A stretch of 64,000 nucleotides of DNA from Alphaproteobacteria bacterium (lineage in GTDB: Bacteria; Pseudomonadota; Alphaproteobacteria; Ferrovibrionales; Ferrovibrionaceae): assembly GCA_947473805.1 (NCBI GenBank), contig CANJGB010000001.1, forward strand, positions 103,413-167,412, given 5' to 3'. How positions within the stretch are numbered: the stretch's first letter is position 1; the number at the start of each line of letters is the position of its first letter. The notes beneath the pieces are model-generated. The model did not search any database and was not told where the DNA came from. It saw only the letters and a program-made list of their open reading frames with translations. The translations under genes were made by a program, and so were the position numbers. Positions 48,406 through 56,301 of the stretch are shown piece by piece.

Positions 48406-48496
48406 GCGCTGGCTCTGCTTCGCCGCCCTCTACGCCGTGGGCCTGCTGGCCACCGGCGCGCTGGCCTACGGCGTGCGCATGCTGCTTCGCCTCTGA
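48389..48496 (+). CDS. 35-aa single-TM small protein overlapping the cydB 3' end (CydX/DUF2474-type candidate)
   Basis: Hand-translated as MTATTRRWLCFAALYAVGLLATGALAYGVRMLLRL. It is below the ORF-track cutoff. GC-rich third positions. 17-nt overlap with cydB. Confidence 0.45.
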   Translation: MTATTRRWLCFAALYAVGLLATGALAYGVRMLLRL

Positions 48497-48514
48497 ATGT
48501 GCTAGAAGCCTGCG

Positions 48515-49084
48515 ATGACAAAGACTCCCATGCACCCCCTGCTGAAGCTGGCGCTCGAGGTCGGGCCGCTCGCGGTTTTCTTCATCGGCAATGCGCGCTT
48601 CGGCATTTTTCCCGCCACCGCCGCCTTCATGGTGGCCATCGTGGTCGCGCTGATCGCGAACTATGTGCTGGAGCGCCGCCTGCCGATCCTGCCGCTGGTC
48701 ACTGCCGCCTTCGTGCTGGTGTTCGGCGGCCTGACCCTGGTCCTGCAGGACGAGCTGTTCATCAAGCTGAAGCCGACCATCGTCAACCTGCTGTTCGCCG
48801 CCGCCTTGTACGGCGGGTTGTTTTTCGGCAAGTCGCTGTTGAAGCCGCTGTTCGCCATGGCCTTCCCGCTCGACGATGCCGGCTGGCGCGCGCTGACCTT
48901 TCGCTGGGCCAGTTTCTTCGTGCTGCTGGCGGTGCTGAACGAAGTGGTGTGGCGCAACTTCACGACCGACACCTGGGTGTCGTTCAAGGTGTTCGGCATC
49001 ATGCCGCTCACCATTGCGTTCGCGCTGGCGCAATTGCCGCTGATCAACCGCCACACGGAAAAGCCGGCAGAGGCCGGCGAGTAG
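48515..49084 (+). CDS. yciB: inner membrane-spanning septation protein YciB/IspZ
   Basis: [24 protein letters not shown]...[15 protein letters not shown]...[13 protein letters not shown]. Confidence 0.87.
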   Translation: MTKTPMHPLLKLALEVGPLAVFFIGNARFGIFPATAAFMVAIVVALIANYVLERRLPILPLVTAAFVLVFGGLTLVLQDELFIKLKPTIVNLLFAAALYGGLFFGKSLLKPLFAMAFPLDDAGWRALTFRWASFFVLLAVLNEVVWRNFTTDTWVSFKVFGIMPLTIAFALAQLPLINRHTEKPAEAGE

Positions 49085-49087
49085 CTG

Positions 49088-49372
49088 CTAGACCCTGATG
49101 TCGAGGAAGCGGCCCAGCGGGCTGTTCCGCTGCGGCGTGCCGGGCGACATCTGGGGCGATGCCGCAACCGGCGGGTCCTGCCGGCTGGACGAACCGGCCG
49201 GCGACGACGGCTGCACCGCCGCCCGTGCTTGGGGCTGCTGCACCTGGGCGAGGGCCTGAAGCAAAGCGTGGCTGGGACCGACCTGCATGACAACATTATC
49301 CCGCCTGTTCGTTAGGGCCGGGTTAATGCCCGCTGTGCCATTTGCGTTCTCTGCGATCCCAATTTGAGGCAA
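49088..49372 (-). CDS. hypothetical P/Q/S-rich small protein (start uncertain; internal ATG at 49288)
   Basis: TTG start at 49372 with AT-rich early codons. From the ATG at 49288 onward the third positions become GC-rich. No recognisable motif. Confidence 0.3.
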   Translation of the reverse strand: MPQIGIAENANGTAGINPALTNRRDNVVMQVGPSHALLQALAQVQQPQARAAVQPSSPAGSSSRQDPPVAASPQMSPGTPQRNSPLGRFLDIRV

Positions 49373-49432
49373 TTTTTTTAATCGATAATTTTATTCCCGA
49401 AACAGATCAAGTGCTTGACCATGGCACAGAAT

Positions 49433-49542
49433 GGCACGACACTTGCTGCCGATGAGTCGTGTCCCTGGGCATCCCCAACGCCTCGGGAACACGGATGCCG
49501 TACTGACTTCGGGGGCGCTGCAAGGCGCCCCCGCTTTCTTTT
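49433..49542 (+). ncRNA. candidate small RNA or 5' leader: three stem-loops ending in an intrinsic terminator
   Basis: H1 pairs 49433-49440 with 49456-49463. H2 is GGCATCC/GGATGCC at 49468-49474 and 49493-49499. H3 is the terminator at 49511-49542. No credible ORF in this stretch. Confidence 0.3.
49511..49542 (+). terminator. intrinsic terminator 95 nt upstream of the next start codon
   Basis: GGGGGCGC-TGCAAG-GCGCCCCC followed by GCTTTCTTTT. Confidence 0.65.
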
Positions 49543-49636
49543 GGCCCTTCGCTCAACGCTCGTCCTGCGGCGGCGGAAGATTTGCCGCCCGACCCTTGGC
49601 GCGGTATTTGAACCGTCCCCCCGTCATGGACGCCTC

Positions 49637-50734
49637 ATGCTGACCATCGGTGACATCGCCCCGGCCTTCATGGCCGAAAGCAGCAGCAACCCGCGCTACC
49701 GGTTTGACACCGCCGCCGGCCGTTACATCGTGTTGGCCTTTATCGGTTCATCGGCAGATCCGGCCGGCCGGCTGCTGCTGAACGAACTGCTCGCCGACCT
49801 CTCGCTCTACGACGACATGAAGCTGTGCTTCTTCGCCGTCAGCGCCGATCCAGCCGACCGCGAGCGGCTGAAGCCGCGGTTGCCCGGGGTGCGTTTTTTC
49901 TGGGACGGCGATGGCGCCGTCAGCCGCCTGTACGCGGCGCAGGTCGATGGCGCCGACGCCTACCGGCCCTATGCCCTCGTGCTCGATCCCATGCTGCGCG
50001 TCATCGCGCGCGCCCCGGGGGTCGGTGATCATCCTGCGCGGTTGCGCACTTTTCTGCATCGCCTGCGTCCTGTCGATGAACATGCCGGCGCGGCGATCCA
50101 TGCGCCCGTGCTGATCGCGCCGCGCATTTTTGAGCCCGATTTCTGCCAGCGACTGATCGCGGCCTATGACAATGGCGAGACCGAGGATTCCGGCTTCATG
50201 CGCGAGGTCGACGGCAAGACCGTCGGAATGATCGATCATTCCTTCAAGCGCCGCGCCGACCACTACATCGAAGATGCGGCTTTGCGCCAGGCTGCTGCCG
50301 CACGCATCGTGCGCCGTCTGTTTCCACTGGTGCACAAGGCGTTCGCCTTCACGGTGACGCGGATGGAGCGCTACATTGTCGCCTGCTATGACGCCGGCCA
50401 GGGCGGTTATTTCCGGCCGCACCGGGACAACACGACCAAGGGCACGGCGCACCGGCGCTTCGCCGTCACCATCAATCTGAATGCCGAGGATTATGACGGC
50501 GGCGATCTGCGCTTTCCCGAATTCGGCACGCGCAGTTATCGCGCGCCGACCGGTGGCGCCGTGGTGTTTTCCTGTTCGCTGCTGCACGAGGCGCTGCCGG
50601 TGACGCGCGGCCGCCGCTACGCCTTTCTGCCGTTCCTCTACGACGATGCCGCCGCCGCGCTGCGCGCCGCCAACAACCCCTATCTCGGCGAGGAAGTCGG
50701 CCTGTACCAGCCCGACGGTCCGGAGGTCGAGTAG
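49637..50734 (+). CDS. redoxin-like (Cys-less) N-terminal domain fused to a 2OG-Fe(II) oxygenase (prolyl 4-hydroxylase-like)
   Basis: N-terminus MLTIGDIAPAFMAES...RYIVLAFIGSSADP has a peroxiredoxin-like layout but no Cys. C-terminus has YFRPHRDN (H-x-D), SCSLLHEALPV (distal His) and RGRRYAFLPF. Confidence 0.8.
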   Translation: MLTIGDIAPAFMAESSSNPRYRFDTAAGRYIVLAFIGSSADPAGRLLLNELLADLSLYDDMKLCFFAVSADPADRERLKPRLPGVRFFWDGDGAVSRLYAAQVDGADAYRPYALVLDPMLRVIARAPGVGDHPARLRTFLHRLRPVDEHAGAAIHAPVLIAPRIFEPDFCQRLIAAYDNGETEDSGFMREVDGKTVGMIDHSFKRRADHYIEDAALRQAAAARIVRRLFPLVHKAFAFTVTRMERYIVACYDAGQGGYFRPHRDNTTKGTAHRRFAVTINLNAEDYDGGDLRFPEFGTRSYRAPTGGAVVFSCSLLHEALPVTRGRRYAFLPFLYDDAAAALRAANNPYLGEEVGLYQPDGPEVE

Positions 50735-50741
50735 GCGAACC

Positions 50742-52520
50742 CTACCTCTTCAAACCATCCAGGCTGCGCTTCACCTGCGCATGGTCCTGGCTGCCGGGCT
50801 CCAGCTGCGCCAGCAATTGCTGCCACAGCCTGGCCGCTTCCGCCGGGCGGCCAGCCTCGGCCTCGACGCGGCCGCCGTACCACAGGGCCTCGGGCTGATT
50901 CGGGTCCAGCGCCAGCACGCGGCGCCACACGGTCGCGGCGCCCGGGGATACCGGCTTGGCATCGCCGCCATCGGCCTCGGTCGTGGCGCCGGCCAGCGCC
51001 AGCAGCGCATCCACATCGCCCGGCCGCTGCTTCACGGCCTGCGCGAAGGCATCGCGCGACTTGTCCATCTCACCCAGCACGGCGCGCGCCCGACCCAGTC
51101 GCAGCCAGCCATCGAAATCACCTGGATTGGATTTCAGCTTCGCCTCGAGGCCGCCGACCATGCCGCGGATCATCGTCTGGCGGTCGGCCGGACTCATGTT
51201 CTGCGCGGCGGCCATCTGCTCCGCTGTCGGGCCGGGCGCACCGGCGGCAGGTGCCTGCGGGGCGGCGCTCGGAGCGGGTCCGGGGATCGCCCCCGGCGCA
51301 CCGCCGACCATGGCCAGTGCCTGCCGTGCAGCCGGGTCGGCGGGGCGCAACGCGACCGCCTTCATATAGGCGTCGCGGGCCGCGCCCGGATTGTCCATGA
51401 CCGAATAGGCGCGCCCCAGGCGCATCCAGCCATCGAAGTCGTTCGGATTGTCTTTCAGGCGGTCGGCCAGGCCCTGCACCATGCCCTGGATCATGCCGCG
51501 GCGGTCGGTGTCCGACATCTTCGCGGCGGCGGCGACCTGTTCGGGGCTGGGCCCGCGCTCGGGCGACGGCGCCGCTGCTTGCGCGGCCTGCGGTGGCGGC
51601 ATGGGTGGCGCCACCGGGCCGACCGCGGGCTTTGCCAGCGACGGCAGCTTGGCGACGTCGATGTTCAGCTGCTTGCCCGCATCGGCGATGCGCGCGCGCA
51701 GCGCCGACATCCACGGCGCGTCTTCCGGGCTGTCGGCCTCCAGACCGCGCCACTGGTCGAACGCCGCCTTGAAGTCGCCGGCCTGCGCGCGGGCCAGCGC
51801 CAGGTAATAGCGCGCGCCCGCATGCTTCGGCTCCAGCGCCAGCGCCGCCTCGAATGCCTGTTGCGCCTTCGGCGTCACCACGCCGCCGGCCACATAGACC
51901 TGCGATTCGCCCCAGGCCATCTGGCCCTCGGGCTCCTTCGGATTCAGCTCCACCGCGTGGCCATAGGCCGCCGCCGCTTCCAGGTGCCGCTCCTGCATCA
52001 GGTACGAGCGGCCCAGCAGCATCCAGCCATCGCGGTCCGCCGGATTGTCCTTCAGACGCTGCGCCAGCCGTTCGACCAGTTGCGGCATGTCGCCGGCCGG
52101 CTGTCCGCCGCCGTCATCCTGCGCCACGTTCATCGACGGCGGCGGCAGGCCACGATAGGCCAGCGGCTGGTCCGGCACGTGCGGGTTGCCCAGGCGCAGG
52201 TACAGCGCGCCGGCGGCCAGCGGCACCGCGATGGCCAGCGCAATGGCCAGGCCACGCTTGGGCGCCAGGCCTTGTACGCCCGGGTCGATCTCCGCGCCGG
52301 CGCGCAGGATGCGCCGTTCGATTTCCAGCTTTGCCTGCGCCGCGTCGTGCGCGGTGACGGTGCCGCGCGCGACATCGCCTTCCAGGTCTTTCAGCTGCTC
52401 GCGATAGACGGCCAGGTCATGCTCGACGCGGCGGTCGCCGGCCAGCGGGCCCAGCCACAGCGGGCGCAGCATCACGGCCAGGGTGCCGGCGGTCACCAGC
52501 ACGGCAAGAATCCACAGCAT
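50742..52520 (-). CDS. ccmI: cytochrome c-type biogenesis protein CcmI/CycH with a reiterated C-terminal module
   Basis: N-terminal TM plus DLAVYREQLKDLEGDVARG, TPR-like repeats, and three copies of the L-x-x-R/K-L-K-x-NP-x-D-x-D-G-W-x-x-L-G-R module. Confidence 0.9.
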   Translation of the reverse strand: MLWILAVLVTAGTLAVMLRPLWLGPLAGDRRVEHDLAVYREQLKDLEGDVARGTVTAHDAAQAKLEIERRILRAGAEIDPGVQGLAPKRGLAIALAIAVPLAAGALYLRLGNPHVPDQPLAYRGLPPPSMNVAQDDGGGQPAGDMPQLVERLAQRLKDNPADRDGWMLLGRSYLMQERHLEAAAAYGHAVELNPKEPEGQMAWGESQVYVAGGVVTPKAQQAFEAALALEPKHAGARYYLALARAQAGDFKAAFDQWRGLEADSPEDAPWMSALRARIADAGKQLNIDVAKLPSLAKPAVGPVAPPMPPPQAAQAAAPSPERGPSPEQVAAAAKMSDTDRRGMIQGMVQGLADRLKDNPNDFDGWMRLGRAYSVMDNPGAARDAYMKAVALRPADPAARQALAMVGGAPGAIPGPAPSAAPQAPAAGAPGPTAEQMAAAQNMSPADRQTMIRGMVGGLEAKLKSNPGDFDGWLRLGRARAVLGEMDKSRDAFAQAVKQRPGDVDALLALAGATTEADGGDAKPVSPGAATVWRRVLALDPNQPEALWYGGRVEAEAGRPAEAARLWQQLLAQLEPGSQDHAQVKRSLDGLKR

Positions 52521-53002
52521 CAGCCGCCGTCCTTCAGCAATTGTCCCAGCCGCTTCTGCTCATCGCTCGACAGCGGCGCCACGGGTGCGGCAACGGCGAT
52601 CTCGCGCTTGCTGCGCCGGTAATACAGGCCCATGCCGCCCAGCGCGACGAACAGCAGCAGCGCCGGCCCCGTCCACAACAGGATCGTGCGCGCGTTGAAC
52701 GGCGGGTTCAGCAGCACCCAGTCGCCATAGCGCGCGACGATGAACTGCTTGACCTGCTGGTCGCTCTCGCCGGCGGCGATGCGCTCGCGCACGATGATGC
52801 GCAGGTCCTGCGCCAGCGTGGCGTTGGAATCCTCGATCGACTGGTTCTGGCACACCAGGCAGCGCAGCTCGCGCGACAACGCCACCGCGCGCGCCTCCTG
52901 CGCCGGGTCGGCCAGTTTCGGATCGGCGGTGATCGCGAACGCAGACGCGCTCACAAGAAACGCTAGGGTCGCGAGCGCCGCGACGGAAAACTTCCGGTGC
53001 AT
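52520..53002 (-). CDS. ccmH: cytochrome c-type biogenesis protein CcmH/CycL
   Basis: LRCLVCQNQSIEDSNATLAQDLR (LRCxxC motif) and a C-terminal TM. ATG at 53002 (an alternative is at 53017). Confidence 0.92.
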   Translation of the reverse strand: MHRKFSVAALATLAFLVSASAFAITADPKLADPAQEARAVALSRELRCLVCQNQSIEDSNATLAQDLRIIVRERIAAGESDQQVKQFIVARYGDWVLLNPPFNARTILLWTGPALLLFVALGGMGLYYRRSKREIAVAAPVAPLSSDEQKRLGQLLKDGG

Positions 53003-53553
53003 CAGCTGGCCGAACATTTGTCGGTCGTGCCCTTCGCCTTCAGGTCGGCCAGCGCCGGCAGCAGCTTGTCGCGAATATCGTTCGGCATGACCGGGCCGAT
53101 ATGCTTGCACGCGATGTGGCCGTCGCCGGTGATGATGAACGTCTCCGGCACGCCATACACGCCCCAGTCGATGCTGGTGCGGCCGTTGCGGTCGTCGCCG
53201 GTGCGCTTGTACGGATCGCCGAATTCATCCAGCCATTCGCCGCCCTGCGCGTCGCGCTGGTTCAGGCCAAAAATCGTGACGCCCTTCTTGGCCAGGTCCA
53301 TCAGCAGCGGATGCTCAACCCGGCACGGGACGCACCACGACGCGAACACGTTGACCAGCACCGGCTCGCCGCCCTTCAGGTCGGCGGTGCTGAAACCTGC
53401 CGTCCGGCCCTTGACCGCCGGCAGCGCAAAGGTCGGCGCCGGCTTGCCGATCAGCGCCGACGGAATGATGCGCGGGTTCAGGTACAGGCCGATGCCCAGC
53501 GCCAGCGCGATCAGCGCAAACACCGCCAGCGGAAAGAACGTCTTCAGCTTCAT
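53002..53553 (-). CDS. ccmG: thiol:disulfide interchange protein DsbE/CcmG
   Basis: VNVFASWCVPCRVEHP (WCxxC) and GVYGVPETFII. Confidence 0.95.
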   Translation of the reverse strand: MKLKTFFPLAVFALIALALGIGLYLNPRIIPSALIGKPAPTFALPAVKGRTAGFSTADLKGGEPVLVNVFASWCVPCRVEHPLLMDLAKKGVTIFGLNQRDAQGGEWLDEFGDPYKRTGDDRNGRTSIDWGVYGVPETFIITGDGHIACKHIGPVMPNDIRDKLLPALADLKAKGTTDKCSAS

Positions 53554-55541
53554 GCCGCTTTAACCTCGCCCGCCTTCGGCCGCGGCACGGCGGATTTCTT
53601 CGGTGCGCCGACGCGGTGGCGGCGGTCGCTCAGCGACATCAGGCCGCCCAGCACCATGACCAGTGCGCCGAACCAGATCCACGTCACCAGCGGCTTGAAG
53701 TACAGCCGCGTGGCAAACCCGCCATTGGCCTCGGGCTGGCCGATCACCGCATACAGGTCGGCATAGAGCGAGGTGCGGATCGCCGCCTCGGTCGTTTCCT
53801 GCGCCGGCTGGGTGAAGCGGCGCGTCGCCGGGAACAAAGTCGTCACCGGCTCGCCACCGCGGGTCACGCGAAACTCGCCGCGCAGCGCGGTGTAGTTCGG
53901 GCCGCGCGCCGGGCCGGCGCCGACGAAGGTGTAGCGGTACGGGCCGACGTCGATGCTCTCTCCCGGCTTCATCACCTGCTGCTTCTCGACCTGCCAGGTC
54001 GCGGACACGGTAATGCCCAGGATCACGATGGCGACGCCCAGATGCGCCAGCGTCATTCCCCACGCCGCGCGCGGCAGGTGGATGGCGCGGAACAGCGTGT
54101 CGCGCGCGCTGACGCGGAACAGGCCGATGCGCTCGGCCAGTTCGACGATGACGCCGACCGCGACCCACAGGCCGATGGCGAGGCCCAGCACCGGCAGCAG
54201 CGGTCCGAAATCGTTCAGCCACCAGCCCAGCAGCGCGCCCGCGACCGAGATGCCAAAGGCCACGCGCATGCGTTGCGCCACCGCCTGCAGGTCGCCGCGC
54301 TTCCACGCCAGCAGCGGGCCGATGCCGACCGCAATCAGCAGCGGCGTCATCAGCGGAATGAACACGGCGTTGAAATATGGCGGGCCGACCGAGACCTTGT
54401 CACCGGTCAGCGCGTCGAGGAACAGCGGGTACAGCGTGCCCAGCAGCACCGCGCCGCACGATGTCGCCAGCAGCAGGTTGTTCAGCACCAGGCCGCCCTC
54501 GCGGCTGATCGGCTGGAACAGGCCGCCGGCCTTCAGCGCGGGCGCGCGGATCGCGAACAGGGCCAGGCTGCCGCCGACGACGATGACGAGGAAGGCCAGG
54601 ATGAAAATGCCGCGCGCCGGGTCGGACGCGAACGAGTGCACCGAGTTGAGCACACCCGAGCGCACGATGAACGTGCCCAGCAGGCTCAGCGAGAAGGTCA
54701 GGATCGCCAGCAAAATGGTCCACGCCTTCAGCGCGTCGCGCTTTTCCACCACGATGGCGGAATGCAGCAGGGCGGTGCCCGCCAGCCAAGGCATGAACGA
54801 GGCGTTCTCGACCGGGTCCCAGAACCACCAGCCGCCCCAGCCCAGTTCGTAATAGGCCCACCACGAGCCCAGTGCGATGCCGGCGGTCAGGAAGCACCAC
54901 GCCGCCAGCGTCCACGGCCGCACCCAGCGCGCCCAGGCCGGATCGACGCGGCCCTCGATCAGGGCCGCAATGGCAAAGCTGAACGCCATCGAGAAGCCGA
55001 CATAGCCGAGGTAGAGCATCGGCGGATGGAAGGCGAGGCCGGGGTCCTGCAGCAGCGGGTTCAGGCCCTGGCCGTCGGCCGGGGCGGGCACGATGCGCTC
55101 GAACGGGTTCGAGGTCAGCAGCATGAACAGCAGGAAGCCGATGCCGATAAACGCCTGCACCGACAGCACGCGGGCGCGCAGCGCCTTGGGCAGGTTGCCG
55201 CCAAAGGTCGCGACCGCGGCGCCGAACACCGCCAGGATCAGCGTCCACAGCAGCAGCGAGCCCTCGTGGTTTCCCCACACGCCACTGATCTTGTAGATCA
55301 GGGGCTTCGCCGAGTGCGAGTTCTGCACCACGTTGAGCAGCGAGAAGTCGCTCTCGACATAGGCCGTCGTCAGGCAGGCAAAGCTCAACGCCACCAGCAC
55401 GCATTGCGCCAGCGCCGCCGGCGGCGCCAGCGCGATCAGCGTGGCGTCGTTGCGCTGCGCCCCCCACATCGGCACGACGAACTGCACCGCCGCCACCATC
55501 AGCGCCAGGATCAGCGCGAAATGTCCGAGTTCCGCCGTCAT
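53550..55541 (-). CDS. ccmF: cytochrome c heme lyase subunit CcmF
   Basis: Polytopic. The WGGWWFWDPVENAS tryptophan-rich motif is present. ATG at 55541 overlaps the ccmE stop. Confidence 0.96.
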   Translation of the reverse strand: MTAELGHFALILALMVAAVQFVVPMWGAQRNDATLIALAPPAALAQCVLVALSFACLTTAYVESDFSLLNVVQNSHSAKPLIYKISGVWGNHEGSLLLWTLILAVFGAAVATFGGNLPKALRARVLSVQAFIGIGFLLFMLLTSNPFERIVPAPADGQGLNPLLQDPGLAFHPPMLYLGYVGFSMAFSFAIAALIEGRVDPAWARWVRPWTLAAWCFLTAGIALGSWWAYYELGWGGWWFWDPVENASFMPWLAGTALLHSAIVVEKRDALKAWTILLAILTFSLSLLGTFIVRSGVLNSVHSFASDPARGIFILAFLVIVVGGSLALFAIRAPALKAGGLFQPISREGGLVLNNLLLATSCGAVLLGTLYPLFLDALTGDKVSVGPPYFNAVFIPLMTPLLIAVGIGPLLAWKRGDLQAVAQRMRVAFGISVAGALLGWWLNDFGPLLPVLGLAIGLWVAVGVIVELAERIGLFRVSARDTLFRAIHLPRAAWGMTLAHLGVAIVILGITVSATWQVEKQQVMKPGESIDVGPYRYTFVGAGPARGPNYTALRGEFRVTRGGEPVTTLFPATRRFTQPAQETTEAAIRTSLYADLYAVIGQPEANGGFATRLYFKPLVTWIWFGALVMVLGGLMSLSDRRHRVGAPKKSAVPRPKAGEVKAA

Positions 55542-55987
55542 TTCGCCGCCTCGCCTTCGGGCCGCCATTCGCCGGCGCGCTTCAGCGCGTCGATCACTTC
55601 GGGCGGCATGTATTTCTCGTCGTGCTTGGCCAGCACCTCGCTGGCGGCGAACACGTTGCCGGCCTGCAGCCGGCCCTCGGCCACCACGCCCTGGCCCTCG
55701 CGGAACAGGTCGGGCAGCAGGCCGATATGCACGACCTTGATGCTGTGCTTGGTGTCGGTGACGGTGAACTCGGTGCGCGTGCCGTCCTTCTTCACGCTGC
55801 CGGCCTCGACCAGGCCGCCGATGCGGAAGCGGCGCTCCGGCGGGATGTGCTTTTCCACCACGTCGCTGGGGCTGTAGAAGAACACCAGATTGTCCTGGAA
55901 GGCGGCCAGGACCAGCGCCACCGCGATGCCCAGCCCCGCCATGCCGGCAATGACCAGGTACATCCGGCGGCGCTTGCGCGGCATCAT
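55538..55987 (-). CDS. ccmE: cytochrome c maturation heme chaperone CcmE
   Basis: N-terminal TM, FFYSPSDV, RIGGLVEAGSV and EVLAKHDEKYMPPEV (heme-binding His). Confidence 0.96.
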   Translation of the reverse strand: MMPRKRRRMYLVIAGMAGLGIAVALVLAAFQDNLVFFYSPSDVVEKHIPPERRFRIGGLVEAGSVKKDGTRTEFTVTDTKHSIKVVHIGLLPDLFREGQGVVAEGRLQAGNVFAASEVLAKHDEKYMPPEVIDALKRAGEWRPEGEAAK

Positions 55988-56166
55988 GTCCGGCTCCGCC
56001 CCGACGCGGCCTCGGCGGCCTTCAGTTCAAAGGTGGCGGCGCGCAGGCGGGCGCGGCTGTTAAGCCCCAGCCCGGCGAGAATCGCCACGGCCAGCCCGAA
56101 CGACGGCCAGACATAGGCCGCATATCCGCCCATGGCGAAAAATTCGCCCAGCGAGTTCCACTGCAA
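55984..56166 (-). CDS. ccmD: heme exporter protein CcmD
   Basis: QWNSLGEFFAMGGYAAYVWPSFGLAV parallels the E. coli CcmD segment SWNEFFAMGGYAFFVW (from memory). TTG start at 56166 (an alternative ATG is at 56133). Confidence 0.85.
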   Translation of the reverse strand: MQWNSLGEFFAMGGYAAYVWPSFGLAVAILAGLGLNSRARLRAATFELKAAEAASGRSRT

Positions 56167-56301
56167 AGGCTGGCCCCAACGTCAAGAACGGCTTGTTATA
56201 TTTATATAAGGACGAATACCGGCCCGTCCAGATGCGCAGGCGCGGCAAATGGCGGCGTCTGGGCGTGCTGTCCTATAGTGCGGGGGAAAGGGGAGGGAAT
56301 C

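Noticed and set aside
49421-49437. ATGGCAC-AGA-ATGGCAC direct repeat as a sigma54 promoter (TGGCAC-N5-TTGC)
   Set aside because: The GG to GC spacing is off by one, and the -12 TTGC element is missing. It is kept only as part of the candidate sRNA/leader region.
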